This document shows positions 23,522 to 32,906 of a stretch of 64,000 nucleotides of DNA, piece by piece; the stretch's first letter is position 1, and every line of letters begins with the position of its first letter. The position numbers and the translations under genes were made by a program. The stretch is from NCBI GenBank assembly GCA_963734535.1, contig CAVTHS010000006.1, positions 64,001-128,000 on the forward strand. The letters are read 5' to 3'. The notes below the pieces were generated by a model. That model ran no database searches. It was not told the origin of the DNA and saw nothing but the letters and a program-made list of their open reading frames with translations. Source of the stretch: an uncultured Chloroflexia bacterium. Its GTDB lineage: Bacteria; Chloroflexota; Limnocylindria; Limnocylindrales; CSP1-4.

Positions 23522-23619
23522 CGGCGGATTGTATGGAGGCACATGGCGCCGGGGGAACCCCGAAGGCACGGGGTGTCGCCGCCCTGTTCGGGGACACAGG
23601 CGACCCGCATACTGGGCCG

Positions 23620-23820
23620 ATGATCGGACGTATCGCGGCCGCCGTGAGGAAGCATCGACCCGGTTACTGGCTGGTCGCGAGCCCGGTCCACGCGACCATT
23701 CCGCGGTTGGACCACTTCGGCCCGCACAACGCCGTCGAGTGGGTCATCTGGGTCGCTGCGATCGTCGTGGTCGGCTTCATCGCCTGGCGGGTCATCGATC
23801 GGCGGCTTCCGCCGGACTGA
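23620..23820 (+). CDS. Small membrane protein
   Basis: One TM segment (WVIWVAAIVVVGFIAW); CATACT 6 nt upstream of the ATG; start could be further downstream. Confidence 0.5.
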   Translation: MIGRIAAAVRKHRPGYWLVASPVHATIPRLDHFGPHNAVEWVIWVAAIVVVGFIAWRVIDRRLPPD

Positions 23821-23904
23821 GCGAACACCCGGCCGTCGCCCGCCGGGGCCCGGTCGCACGGTGCTACGCTGCCCGCGATCACCCAACGGGAGAGCCCTGC
23901 AACC

Positions 23905-25137
23905 ATGACCTCGATCGTCGACGCGTCCGGCTATCTCTTCACCTCGGAATCGGTGACCGAGGGTCACCCCGACAAGATGTGCGACCAGATCTCGGACGCC
24001 ATCCTCGACGCGATCATTCGCGACGACCCGGACGCGCGCGTCGCGTGCGAGACGGCCACCACCACGGGCCTCGTCCTCGTGCTCGGGGAGATCACGACCT
24101 CGACCTACATCGATTTCCAGGGCGTCGTCCGCGACACGGTCAAGGAGATCGGCTACACCCGCGCCGAGTACGGATTCGACTACCTGACGTGCGGGACGCT
24201 GGTCAGCATCAAGGAGCAGTCGCCCGACATCTCCCAGGGCGTCGACGCGTCGCTCGAGGTCCGCGAGGACGGCACCGCGCTCCACGAGCTCGGCGCCGGC
24301 GACCAGGGGATGATGTTCGGCTTCGCATGCCGCGAGACGCCGGAGCTGATGCCGCTGCCGATCGCGCTCGCGCACCGCCTGGCGCGCCGCCTCGCGGAGG
24401 CCCGCAAGTCCGGCCAGCTCCCGTACCTGCGGCCCGATGGCAAGACCCAGGTCACGGTGGAGTACGACCGGGGCGTGCCCGTGCGCGTGCGGACGGTGGT
24501 CGTCGCGTCGCAACACGACCCGGATGTCCGCGCGGAGCGGATCCGGCGCGACATCGTCGAATCCGTGATCCTCCCGACGATCCCGGCGGACCTCCGTCCC
24601 ACGGACCCGGTCATGCACGTCAACCCGACCGGTCGATTCGTGATCGGCGGTCCGATGGGCGACGCCGGCCTCACCGGCCGGAAGATCATCGTCGACACCT
24701 ACGGCGGGATGGCCCGCCACGGGGGCGGCGCGTTTTCCGGCAAGGACCCGACGAAGGTCGACCGCTCTGCGGCCTACGCCGCCCGCTGGGTCGCCAAGAA
24801 CGTGGTCGCCGCCGGGCTTGCCGATCGCTTCGAGATCGAGCTCGCCTACGGGATCGGGATCGCCCGCCCGCTGTCGGTCTCGATCGAGACGTTCGGGACC
24901 GGGCAGGTTGACGACGACGTCCTCCGCGCCGCGATCGACCGGAACTTCGACCTGCGACCCGCCTCGATCATCGAGGCCCTGGACCTTCGACGGCCGATCT
25001 ACCGGCAGACCGCGGCGTACGGCCACTTCGGCCGGCCCGACCTGGACCTCCCCTGGGAGCGCACTGACAAGGCGGCCCTGCTCGCCGCGGACTGCGGGCG
25101 TACCGCGCCCGCCGGCATGGGGTCCGGCCCGGCCTGA
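23905..25137 (+). CDS. metK: S-adenosylmethionine synthetase
   Basis: [27 protein letters not shown] and [16 protein letters not shown] motifs. Confidence 0.98.
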   Translation: MTSIVDASGYLFTSESVTEGHPDKMCDQISDAILDAIIRDDPDARVACETATTTGLVLVLGEITTSTYIDFQGVVRDTVKEIGYTRAEYGFDYLTCGTLVSIKEQSPDISQGVDASLEVREDGTALHELGAGDQGMMFGFACRETPELMPLPIALAHRLARRLAEARKSGQLPYLRPDGKTQVTVEYDRGVPVRVRTVVVASQHDPDVRAERIRRDIVESVILPTIPADLRPTDPVMHVNPTGRFVIGGPMGDAGLTGRKIIVDTYGGMARHGGGAFSGKDPTKVDRSAAYAARWVAKNVVAAGLADRFEIELAYGIGIARPLSVSIETFGTGQVDDDVLRAAIDRNFDLRPASIIEALDLRRPIYRQTAAYGHFGRPDLDLPWERTDKAALLAADCGRTAPAGMGSGPA

Positions 25138-25142
25138 CGCCG

Positions 25143-26327
25143 ATGTACGCGGTGATCCTCGCCGGCGGCGGCGGCACGCGCCTCTGGCCACTCTCGCGGC
25201 CGGATCGACCGAAGCCGTTCCTGCCGCTGCTCGGCGAACGGACGCTCCTGCGCGCGACGTTCGACCGACTGGTTCCCGAGCTCCTCGCAGCCGCCGACGT
25301 CGTCGTCGTCACCGACCGCCGGTACGCTGCGCTCGTGCTCGAGGAGCTGCCCGAGCTGGACCGCCCGCAGGTGCTCGGCGAGCCAACCGGGCGGAACACG
25401 GCTGCGGCCATTGCGTACGCGGCGGCCGCGATCGACCGACCGCCGGGTGACGTCATGCTGGTGCTGCCGGCAGACCATCTCGTCCGCGACGAGGGGGCGT
25501 TCCGGGCGTTGCTGCGCGAAGCGGCAGGGCTCGCCGCTGAGGCGGCACCGGGGACCGGCCTGCCGTCGCTCGTGACCCTGGGCATCGCACCCTCCGGCCC
25601 GGAGACCGGGTACGGCTACATCGTCACGGCGGGGCCCCGGGCGGGCGCGCCTGGGGCGGACGCGCCGGGGGGCCGCGCGCCTGGAGCGGGCGTGCAGCGG
25701 CCCGATCTGCCGGCCCGCCGGCCGGCGACGTCGGGTGCGCTCCCGGTGGCGCGGTTCGTGGAGAAGCCATCGGCGGAGGCGGCGGCTGCGCTCCTCGCGG
25801 GCCCGGCGACTGTTGCCTGGAACGCGGGGATCTTCGCCTGGCGCCGCGATTCCATCCGGGCGGCCCTCGCGGCGCACGCGCCGGACATCCTCGCGGAGGT
25901 GGAGGCGGGCGTGCGCGCGACCGCCGGGGATCGGGCCGCGCTGGACGCTGCCTACGCGACCCTCCGGGCCACCTCCATCGACTACGCGGTCATGGAACCG
26001 GCGTCGCAGGTCGGCAACGTCGCGATGATCGGCGCGGACGTCGGCTGGAGCGACCTCGGCAGCTGGGCAGCCCTCCGCGACGCGCTCGTTGCGCAGGCCG
26101 TGGCGGCCGGCGAGCCGGCGGGGGTGGTCGGCTTCGGCGCCCGCCGCGACCGCGGCTCCGAGTCCACGCTGGTGATGAGTGGCGCCAGGCTCGTCGTGAC
26201 CATCGGCCTGCGCGATACCATCGTGGTCGACACGCCCGACGCGCTGCTCGTCTGCGCCGCGGACCGCTCCCAGGAGGTCCGGGCCATCGCGGAGGAGCTG
26301 GCACGGGCGCGGGAGGAGGACACGTGA
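25143..26327 (+). CDS. manC: Mannose-1-phosphate guanylyltransferase
   Basis: ILAGGGGTRLWPLSR, EPTGRNT, PADH, TGYGYI, FVEKP, SIDYAVME and WSDLGSW motifs. Confidence 0.93.
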   Translation: MYAVILAGGGGTRLWPLSRPDRPKPFLPLLGERTLLRATFDRLVPELLAAADVVVVTDRRYAALVLEELPELDRPQVLGEPTGRNTAAAIAYAAAAIDRPPGDVMLVLPADHLVRDEGAFRALLREAAGLAAEAAPGTGLPSLVTLGIAPSGPETGYGYIVTAGPRAGAPGADAPGGRAPGAGVQRPDLPARRPATSGALPVARFVEKPSAEAAAALLAGPATVAWNAGIFAWRRDSIRAALAAHAPDILAEVEAGVRATAGDRAALDAAYATLRATSIDYAVMEPASQVGNVAMIGADVGWSDLGSWAALRDALVAQAVAAGEPAGVVGFGARRDRGSESTLVMSGARLVVTIGLRDTIVVDTPDALLVCAADRSQEVRAIAEELARAREEDT

Positions 26328-27799
26328 CGATCACGGAGGCGCCGCGCCCCTCGACCATCGTCTTCGGCACGGACGGCTGGCGGGCGAAGGTCGCCGACGA
26401 CTTCACGTTCGAGAACGTGCGCCGCTGCGCCGAGGGGGTCGCCCGTTACGTCGTCGACCGCGGCGAGCAGGCAAAGGGCGTCGTCCTCGCCTATGACCGG
26501 CGCTTCGCCTCCGAGCATTTCGCTGCCGCCGCGGCCGAGGTCCTCCTGGCCTACGAGATCCCGGTCGCGTATGCAAGCTCCGCGGTCCCGACCCAGATGT
26601 CCAGCTACGAGGTGGTCCAGCGCGGGGCGGCCGCGGGCATCGTCATCACGGCGAGCCACAACCCCTGGACGGACAACGGCTTCAAGGTCAAGTCGCCGAC
26701 CGGCGCGGCGGCCGGGCCGGAGCTCCTCGAGGTCCTCGAGCGGACGATCGCGGGCAACGGAGGTGCGGCGATCCCGCGGCGGCCGTTCGCGGACGCGGAG
26801 GCGGCCGGCCTCGTCGAGCGCTACGACCCGTATCCGGGCTACGAGCGGTTCGTGCGCCGCACCGTCGACCTCGACGCGCTGCGGGCGGCCGACGCGACGA
26901 TCCTCGTGGAGCCAATGTGGGGCGCCGGGGCGGGCTGGCTCAGTCGCCTGCTCGCGGGTGGCAGGATCCGCGTCACCGAGCTGCACACGGAGCGCAACCC
27001 GTACTTCGGCGGCGTCAACCCCGAGCCCATCCGGCCGAACATCGACGAGGCGCTCGGGGTCGTGGCGGCCGGTGGGTTCGATCTCGGGCTGCTGCTGGAC
27101 GGCGATGCCGACCGCGCCGGCGCGATCGACGAGCGGGGTGTCTTCGTCCACCAGCTCCAGGTGTACGGCCTGCTCATGTACTACCTGGTCGAGCATCGCG
27201 GGATGCATGCCCCGGTGGTCAAGAGCGTCAACGAGACGTCGATGGCCGAACGCCTGGGCGAGCGCTACGGGATTCCCGTCCACGAGACGCCGGTCGGCTT
27301 CAAGTACGTCGGCCCGAAGATGATCGAGACGGGCGCGATGTACGGCGGCGAGGAATCCGGCGGCTACGGGTTCGGCATGCACCTGCCCGAGCGCGACGGC
27401 ATCTACGCCAACCTGCTCCTGCTGGACCTCGCCCTGCGCGAGCGGGTCGCCGGCCGCTGGCCCTTCTCCAGGGCGATCGCGCACCTGCACGAGATCGCCG
27501 GGCCGTCGTTCTACCAGCGCGTGGACATCCACGTGGACCGGGCGGTCTACGCGTCCGTCAAGGAGCGTCTCCTCGTCGAGCTCGTCGACAGGGCGCCGGC
27601 GGAGCTGGCCGGCCAGCCGGTCACGCGGACGGTGGCGCTGACCACCGGGGACGGGTTCAAGTTCTTCATCGCGGATGGCTCGTGGCTCCTGGTCCGCTTC
27701 AGCGGCACCGAGCCGCTCGTCCGCGTCTACACGGAGGCGACCTCGGGGGCTGCAGCCGACGCGTGCGTCGCGGCCGGCGAGGCGCTCGTCCGGGGCTGA
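26324..27799 (+). CDS. manB: Phosphomannomutase/phosphoglucomutase
   Basis: FGTDGWR, TASHNP, DGDADR, GEESGG and RFSGTEP motifs. Confidence 0.9.
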   Translation: MTITEAPRPSTIVFGTDGWRAKVADDFTFENVRRCAEGVARYVVDRGEQAKGVVLAYDRRFASEHFAAAAAEVLLAYEIPVAYASSAVPTQMSSYEVVQRGAAAGIVITASHNPWTDNGFKVKSPTGAAAGPELLEVLERTIAGNGGAAIPRRPFADAEAAGLVERYDPYPGYERFVRRTVDLDALRAADATILVEPMWGAGAGWLSRLLAGGRIRVTELHTERNPYFGGVNPEPIRPNIDEALGVVAAGGFDLGLLLDGDADRAGAIDERGVFVHQLQVYGLLMYYLVEHRGMHAPVVKSVNETSMAERLGERYGIPVHETPVGFKYVGPKMIETGAMYGGEESGGYGFGMHLPERDGIYANLLLLDLALRERVAGRWPFSRAIAHLHEIAGPSFYQRVDIHVDRAVYASVKERLLVELVDRAPAELAGQPVTRTVALTTGDGFKFFIADGSWLLVRFSGTEPLVRVYTEATSGAAADACVAAGEALVRG

Positions 27800-28014
27800 T
27801 CGGGCGCCTCCCGCGCTGTCGACCGGCCGGGTCGCCGGCCGGGTCGACCGGCCCGTGATGTCCGGCCGTCTGGCGCACCGGCGGGACGTCCGGCCCGCGC
27901 CCTTCTTGGCGGGGGGTTGTACTCTTCCTGAAACAACCGCTCGCCGGTCGACCGGACGATTCGACCGGGCGGCGGCCTCTCTTGGCCCAGTGTGACAACG
28001 GAGGGAACGCCGCG

Positions 28015-28296
28015 ATGCACAGCTCTCTCATCGGCAAGGTCGAGAAGGCAAATCGGTACGCACGCGAGCAGGACCGCGTGGAGTTCGATCGCCTCAGCGT
28101 CACGTTCCGTGGGGACAACGACACCCACCATGTGAGCCTCGACGCCGGTGCCTGGCACTGCACGTGCCACTACTTCGAGAGCTGGCAGAGCTGCGTCCAT
28201 CAGCTCACCCTCCAGAAGATCCTCGGGCAGATGCTGCGCGAAGAGGCGCAGATCTCGATCTTCAGCGCTCCCGCGGCCGAGGCGCTGCCCGGCTGA
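28015..28296 (+). CDS. Small SWIM zinc-finger protein
   Basis: CTC-x8-CVH motif; GGAGG RBS upstream. Confidence 0.75.
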   Translation: MHSSLIGKVEKANRYAREQDRVEFDRLSVTFRGDNDTHHVSLDAGAWHCTCHYFESWQSCVHQLTLQKILGQMLREEAQISIFSAPAAEALPG

Positions 28297-28495
28297 CGCC
28301 CCGGGCCCGACCGCCGAGGGCCGGGACCCGACGCCCGCCTCTCCACCGGCCGACCGCCGGGACCCGACGCGTGCGGCATTCGACCGGCCGACGGCCGGGA
28401 CCCCGACACGCCGAGGCCCGCGTGATCGCTGCCGGCTGATCTCCGGACCTTTCCTGTCGCGTCGCCCGTCCGCCACGGTTCTCTTGGCGGCCCAG

Positions 28496-29628
28496 TCACG
28501 GCAGCCACGTCGGCCAGCCCGGGGTGAGGCCGTCGGGTTGTGCGAGCCGGGGACCCGCGCGCCACGCGTCGCTCGCGCGCTCGTAGATGGCGAGCGAGCC
28601 AGGGCCCGCGTCGCCCGGCTGCACGACCATCGCGAGGAAGCGTCCGTCGCGGCTGAGCGCAAACCCGCCCGACACCAGGTCCGCCCCGGGCAACACCGGG
28701 CCGGATCCCGGCAGGCGGCGCGACGTGAGCACCGACGCGGTCGGCCCGACGACGAGGCGGTCGCCCGTCAACGCCACGGACGTGCGGCCGTCACCCGAAG
28801 TCCCGAATGCATACGCACGGACCTGCAGCCGGTCCAGGACACGCCCGTCCGATACGGCGAGGAGGCCGAGGAACAGGCGGTCGAACCGGTCGCGCTGCAC
28901 GATCGCCACGCGCGCCTCGTCGACCCACGCGGGCGGGACCCCCTCGGTCTCGTCCGCGAGCCGGTTGATCTCGCGTCGTCCGCTGGCCGGGTCGATGACG
29001 ACGAGGGCGCTCGGCGATTGGGTGTCCCCGGGCCGCGCGATCGCCGCGACCCGGGTCCCGTCCGGCGACGCGGTCGCCGACCAGATGAACGCGCCCGCGG
29101 GCATCTCTCCGGGTCCGCTGAGCGCAAGGGCGCGCCACGCGGTGCCGGACGCCAGCCCGTCAGGCCCGCGCTGGGCCACGAAGGCCCGACCGTCGCGGAG
29201 GACGGCCACGAGCCGGCCGCCCGCGATGGGAGCCAGCGCGGTCGACGGACGGATCGGGAAGCGGAACCGGGATGACCTCGCCCGAGAGCCGGACGAGGCT
29301 GAGCGAGGCCGTCTCGCCGTCGAAGGCGAGCAGGAGAAGCTCCGACCCGGTGGGCGCCACGGTCGGAGCAACCGGGGATGCCTCCGCGAGTGTCGGGATC
29401 GGCCGTGGCGTTGGTGAGGCGGGCGTCTCCGGGCCGGATGCCAGGGCAGCCGGACTCGTGGTCGTGTCGATCGATGGCGGGCCGGTGGGGACTGCGGGCG
29501 CGCACCCGGCGAGCATGACCGCGACCGATAGAACCACGCTCGGCACGGGAGTCGCGACGCGGCGGCTCCTCGCCCGGCGGCCGGCCGGGCGAGGAGCAGA
29601 CGAGCAGATCCGGCGGGACGCTGCTCAT
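28496..29628 (-). CDS. Lipoprotein with TolB/WD40-like beta-propeller repeats (frameshifted)
   Basis: Lipobox MLAGC; Pro/Thr-rich linker; SPDGTRVA, SGDGRT and LSRDGRFLA blade motifs. Confidence 0.65.
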
Positions 29629-30557
29629 CGCAGGACGTCGCCCCCGATGAGCGCTCCGGTGCCCGCGTCGAGGTAGAGCTTCACGGCGCGAAGCGCGTCG
29701 GCGAGCGGTCCCGACGTGCGGGCCTCGACGACCCACGCCAGGCGTAACGTTGCGCCGGGCGCGTCCGGCCCGGTCGGGTCGAAGACGCTGTTCGGCGCGA
29801 CCCAGCCCAGGCCGAGCGTGGCGATGCTGACCTGGCCCGCGCGGCTGCCGAAGATCGTCCCGAGGGTCGTCGTCGCCCGTGCGCGCGCCGCGGCCTCGTC
29901 GAGCGTTGACGCGGGCCGCGCGGCGAGGGGCCGCTCGGTTCGGACGACCGCGTGCATCCGGCCATCGGGCCAGAGATCCAGGCGGACGCCGTCACCGACG
30001 ACCGGCACGCCGTCAACGACCCGGGGCCAGGTGAGCGTCCAGCCGGTGTCGTCGGGACCCTGCCGGACATCCGGCGCGCCAGCCGTGTCGAGGCCCAGGT
30101 CCGTCGCAAGACGATTCGCCCGGGCACGCGCCGCAGCGGCGCTCGGCATCGGCGGACCGCCGGCCGCCTGCCAGCCGAACGCGACGGCGCCCACGAGGCG
30201 CCCGCGTGCGTCGAACCGGTGGAGCTGGAGGGTCCGGCCCGTGCGATCGCTCTCGGTGACTTCGTCGTACGCGGTGCCGTCGAACCGGTCGACGACCCGT
30301 TCCACGCGCGACGAAGCCGGTTCGGGCAGGCCGAGGCGCGACCGGACCTCGGCCGCGCGCGCCAGGGCGGCAGCGGCCTTGCCCGGGGTCACCGGCGTCC
30401 GCTCGGTGACGGGACCGCCGGCGACGAAGCGATCCGCCGCGGCGCCCGTGGACGTCCCGCCCGGGAAGCCGAGCGCGATGGCCGTGCCGGCGACCGCGAC
30501 CGCGGCAAGGAGGCGTGTGGCGCGACGCCGCGCCGGGAAGCAGAGACGTGTGCGCAT
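29625..30557 (-). CDS. Exported FTP/PepSY propeptide-like protein with no protease domain
   Basis: Signal peptide; RVVDGVPVVGDGVRL (FTP-like); LRLAWVV...LYLDAGTGALI (PepSY-like) at the C-terminus. Confidence 0.7.
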   Translation of the reverse strand: MRTRLCFPARRRATRLLAAVAVAGTAIALGFPGGTSTGAAADRFVAGGPVTERTPVTPGKAAAALARAAEVRSRLGLPEPASSRVERVVDRFDGTAYDEVTESDRTGRTLQLHRFDARGRLVGAVAFGWQAAGGPPMPSAAAARARANRLATDLGLDTAGAPDVRQGPDDTGWTLTWPRVVDGVPVVGDGVRLDLWPDGRMHAVVRTERPLAARPASTLDEAAARARATTTLGTIFGSRAGQVSIATLGLGWVAPNSVFDPTGPDAPGATLRLAWVVEARTSGPLADALRAVKLYLDAGTGALIGGDVLR

Positions 30558-30567
30558 CGTGATCACC

Positions 30568-31323
30568 TCACAGACAGCTTGTGCAGCCGGACGGCAGGGG
30601 TCCTGCCCGCCCCGTCCACACGTAGCTGCCGTACCAGTTGGCGGCGAAGCCAGCGTTGAACGAGCCGAGCCGGGCGACGTCGAAGGCCTGGCCAACGCCG
30701 TAGCCGGGCCCGATCGCGCTCCAGAACCGCGTCTCGAACGCGTACTCGTCGCTGTCCCAGGCTTCGCCGAGATACCCGAGGTAGAAGCTCGGGCCGGCCC
30801 AGGCGCCCCACCCGGCCTTCGTCTTCGCGATGGCGAAGGCGCCGGGCATCGTCGTCGCGGACTCGCCGAGGTGGCAGGTCGACATGATCACGAGGTTCGA
30901 CGCGCGCCCGCGCCGCACGGCCGCGATGTCGCGGGCGAAGACGATCCGGGACCCGCTGCAGATCCCCGCGTCCTCGCGGAAGCCGAAGTCGCGCGTCGAG
31001 CCGGAGTAGGCGTAGTTGTCGCCGTGGCTGTGGACGTAGAACCCCCAATCGTTGAGGGTCCGTGACAGCACCTGCGTCTTGGTGAACGCCGTCCCGCTGT
31101 ACGCGGTCGTGGCGTACCCCAGGTTGCGGTAGCCGGCGACCGCGGCCGAGAGCATCCGCGCTGGGTACGTGTCGTTGAAGCCGATGCAGTTGAACGAGAA
31201 CGAGGTCGTGTTCGAGTCCGCGGACGCCTGGTACGCGGCGCGCGCGGGACCCGCGGCCGCCGCCACGAGCGCGGCCGCACCGACGAGGGCGGCGAAGGAA
31301 CGAAGCCATCGGCCGGGAGACAT
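30568..31323 (-). CDS. Secreted protein with caspase/gingipain (clan CD)-like His-Cys motifs
   Basis: Signal peptide ending PARA; FYVHSHG and LVIMSTC motifs; GGAGG RBS. Confidence 0.65.
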   Translation of the reverse strand: MSPGRWLRSFAALVGAAALVAAAAGPARAAYQASADSNTTSFSFNCIGFNDTYPARMLSAAVAGYRNLGYATTAYSGTAFTKTQVLSRTLNDWGFYVHSHGDNYAYSGSTRDFGFREDAGICSGSRIVFARDIAAVRRGRASNLVIMSTCHLGESATTMPGAFAIAKTKAGWGAWAGPSFYLGYLGEAWDSDEYAFETRFWSAIGPGYGVGQAFDVARLGSFNAGFAANWYGSYVWTGRAGPLPSGCTSCL

Positions 31324-31545
31324 CCATGAACCTCCTCCGGCGGGAACGAGTGGGCGGCGGACCGAGCGGCTGCCGGCGAGGAGGCGAGTGACGGCAGTCT
31401 GCCCGCCCGCCATTCACGGGCCCTTATCGGGCGGTCGGTCCGGCCGGCGAAGGCCCGGCGGCGGCGCCCGCGGCAGCCGCCACGCCGCAGTCGTGGCGCC
31501 CGCCGACGGCCGCACCCGTGCTACGCTGCTGCCCGTCACCACCCC

Positions 31546-31641
31546 GCCGCGTGGTCGCGAAGCCGGTGAGATTCCGGCACAGTCCCGCTACGGTGACCGC
31601 CGTTCCAGCAACGGCGGAAGTCCGGTCGCCGGCCCCGCGGC
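31546..31641 (+). ncRNA. Cobalamin riboswitch
   Basis: GAAGCCGGTGAGATTCCGGCACAGTCCCGCTACGGTGA core, AAGTCCG B12-box-like segment, GCCGCG/CGCGGC closing stem; lies upstream of btuF. Confidence 0.85.
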
Positions 31642-31784
31642 AGAGCCGCACGTACCCTCGCGAGAAAGGGGCAGGCAGGCATGATCCCGACCGGCTGATC
31701 CTCGCCCGTCGTTGGCGTGCGTCCCGTGGTTCCGAGCCAGGAGCCACGCGTTCGCGTCGATCGCAACCCCGTGCGAGAGGTCCG

Positions 31785-32858
31785 ATGATCCTCACCCGTG
31801 CCCGCCGGCGGCCCGCCGGCTTCCTCACCCTTTCGGCGCTCATTGCCGCCATCCTTGCCGGCTGTGGCGCCGCGGCCCCGGTCGTGCCCGCCACGATCGG
31901 CCCGTCGCCGACTGCCGTCATCGCGGCCGCGGCGACCGGGACGCCGCCTCCCGCGTCGCTCGCGCCATCACCGGGGCCCTCCGCGGCGGCGGTGGCCTAC
32001 CCGCTCGGCCTGAAGGACGACGAGGGCACTGCCGTCACGATCCCGGCCCGTCCGACCCGGATCGTCTCGCTCACGCCCGCCACCACGGAGATCCTGTTCG
32101 CCGTTGACGCCGGGCCGCGGGTCAGGGGCGTGACCGACGCGGACGACTACCCGCCCGCGGCGAAGCAGATCACGCAGGTCGTGAAGCTGGGCGCAGTCGA
32201 CGTCGAGAAGATCGTCGGGCTCGGCGCCGATCTGGTGATCGCCGGCGGGAACAGCTTCACCAGCCCCAATTCGATCGCGAAGCTCCGCTCGCTGGGCATC
32301 CCGGTCGTGGTCGTCTACGCCGCGGACGTGGCCGGGGTCCTTCGTGACATCGGGCTGGTTGCCACCGCGGCAGGCGCGGCGGCCGCCGGCGCCTCGCTCG
32401 TGGCGTCGCTGCAATCCCAGGTGGATGCGGTCGTCGCCGCGGTCGCCACGGCCGGCGCACCCCGGCCGCGCGTCTTCTACGAGCTCGACGCGACCAAGCA
32501 GGTCTATACGTTCGCCGACGGCATCGTCCAGGACGACCTGATCCGGATGGCCGGGGGCGACCCGATCACGACCGGCAGCCCCACGGTCTTCAGCATCCCG
32601 CTCGAGAAGCTCGTCGTCGCGGACCCGCAGCTGATCCTGCTCGGCGACGCGGCGTACGGGACGACGCCAGCCCAGGTGGCGGCTCGCCCCGGATGGTCGG
32701 TCATGACCGCCGTGAAGACCGGCGCGATCCGCGCGATCGACGACACCATCGTCTCGCGACCCGGTCCGCGGATCGTGGAGGCGCTGCGGGCGCTCGCGCT
32801 CGCCATCGACCCGACGCTCACGCTCCCGGTGGCGCCGGCCGCGAGCGCGGCGCCATGA
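31785..32858 (+). CDS. btuF: Cobalamin ABC transporter substrate-binding lipoprotein
   Basis: Lipobox LAGC; RIVSLTPATTEILFA, EKIVGLGADLVI and SRPGPRIVE motifs. Confidence 0.85.
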   Translation: MILTRARRRPAGFLTLSALIAAILAGCGAAAPVVPATIGPSPTAVIAAAATGTPPPASLAPSPGPSAAAVAYPLGLKDDEGTAVTIPARPTRIVSLTPATTEILFAVDAGPRVRGVTDADDYPPAAKQITQVVKLGAVDVEKIVGLGADLVIAGGNSFTSPNSIAKLRSLGIPVVVVYAADVAGVLRDIGLVATAAGAAAAGASLVASLQSQVDAVVAAVATAGAPRPRVFYELDATKQVYTFADGIVQDDLIRMAGGDPITTGSPTVFSIPLEKLVVADPQLILLGDAAYGTTPAQVAARPGWSVMTAVKTGAIRAIDDTIVSRPGPRIVEALRALALAIDPTLTLPVAPAASAAP

Positions 32859-32906
32859 GAAGGCCGATCGCGCGATGAACCCGCGGCCTGCCGGACGTCC
32901 GGCACG

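Noticed and set aside
23534-23607. CsoR-type operator in the divergent promoter of the copper operon
   Set aside because: Only GC-rich imperfect palindromes; no TACC...GGTA-type box seen
23821-23904. SAM riboswitch upstream of metK
   Set aside because: Too short and lacks SAM-I/IV core motifs; a TGCTACGCT promoter-like element lies about 35 nt before the ATG
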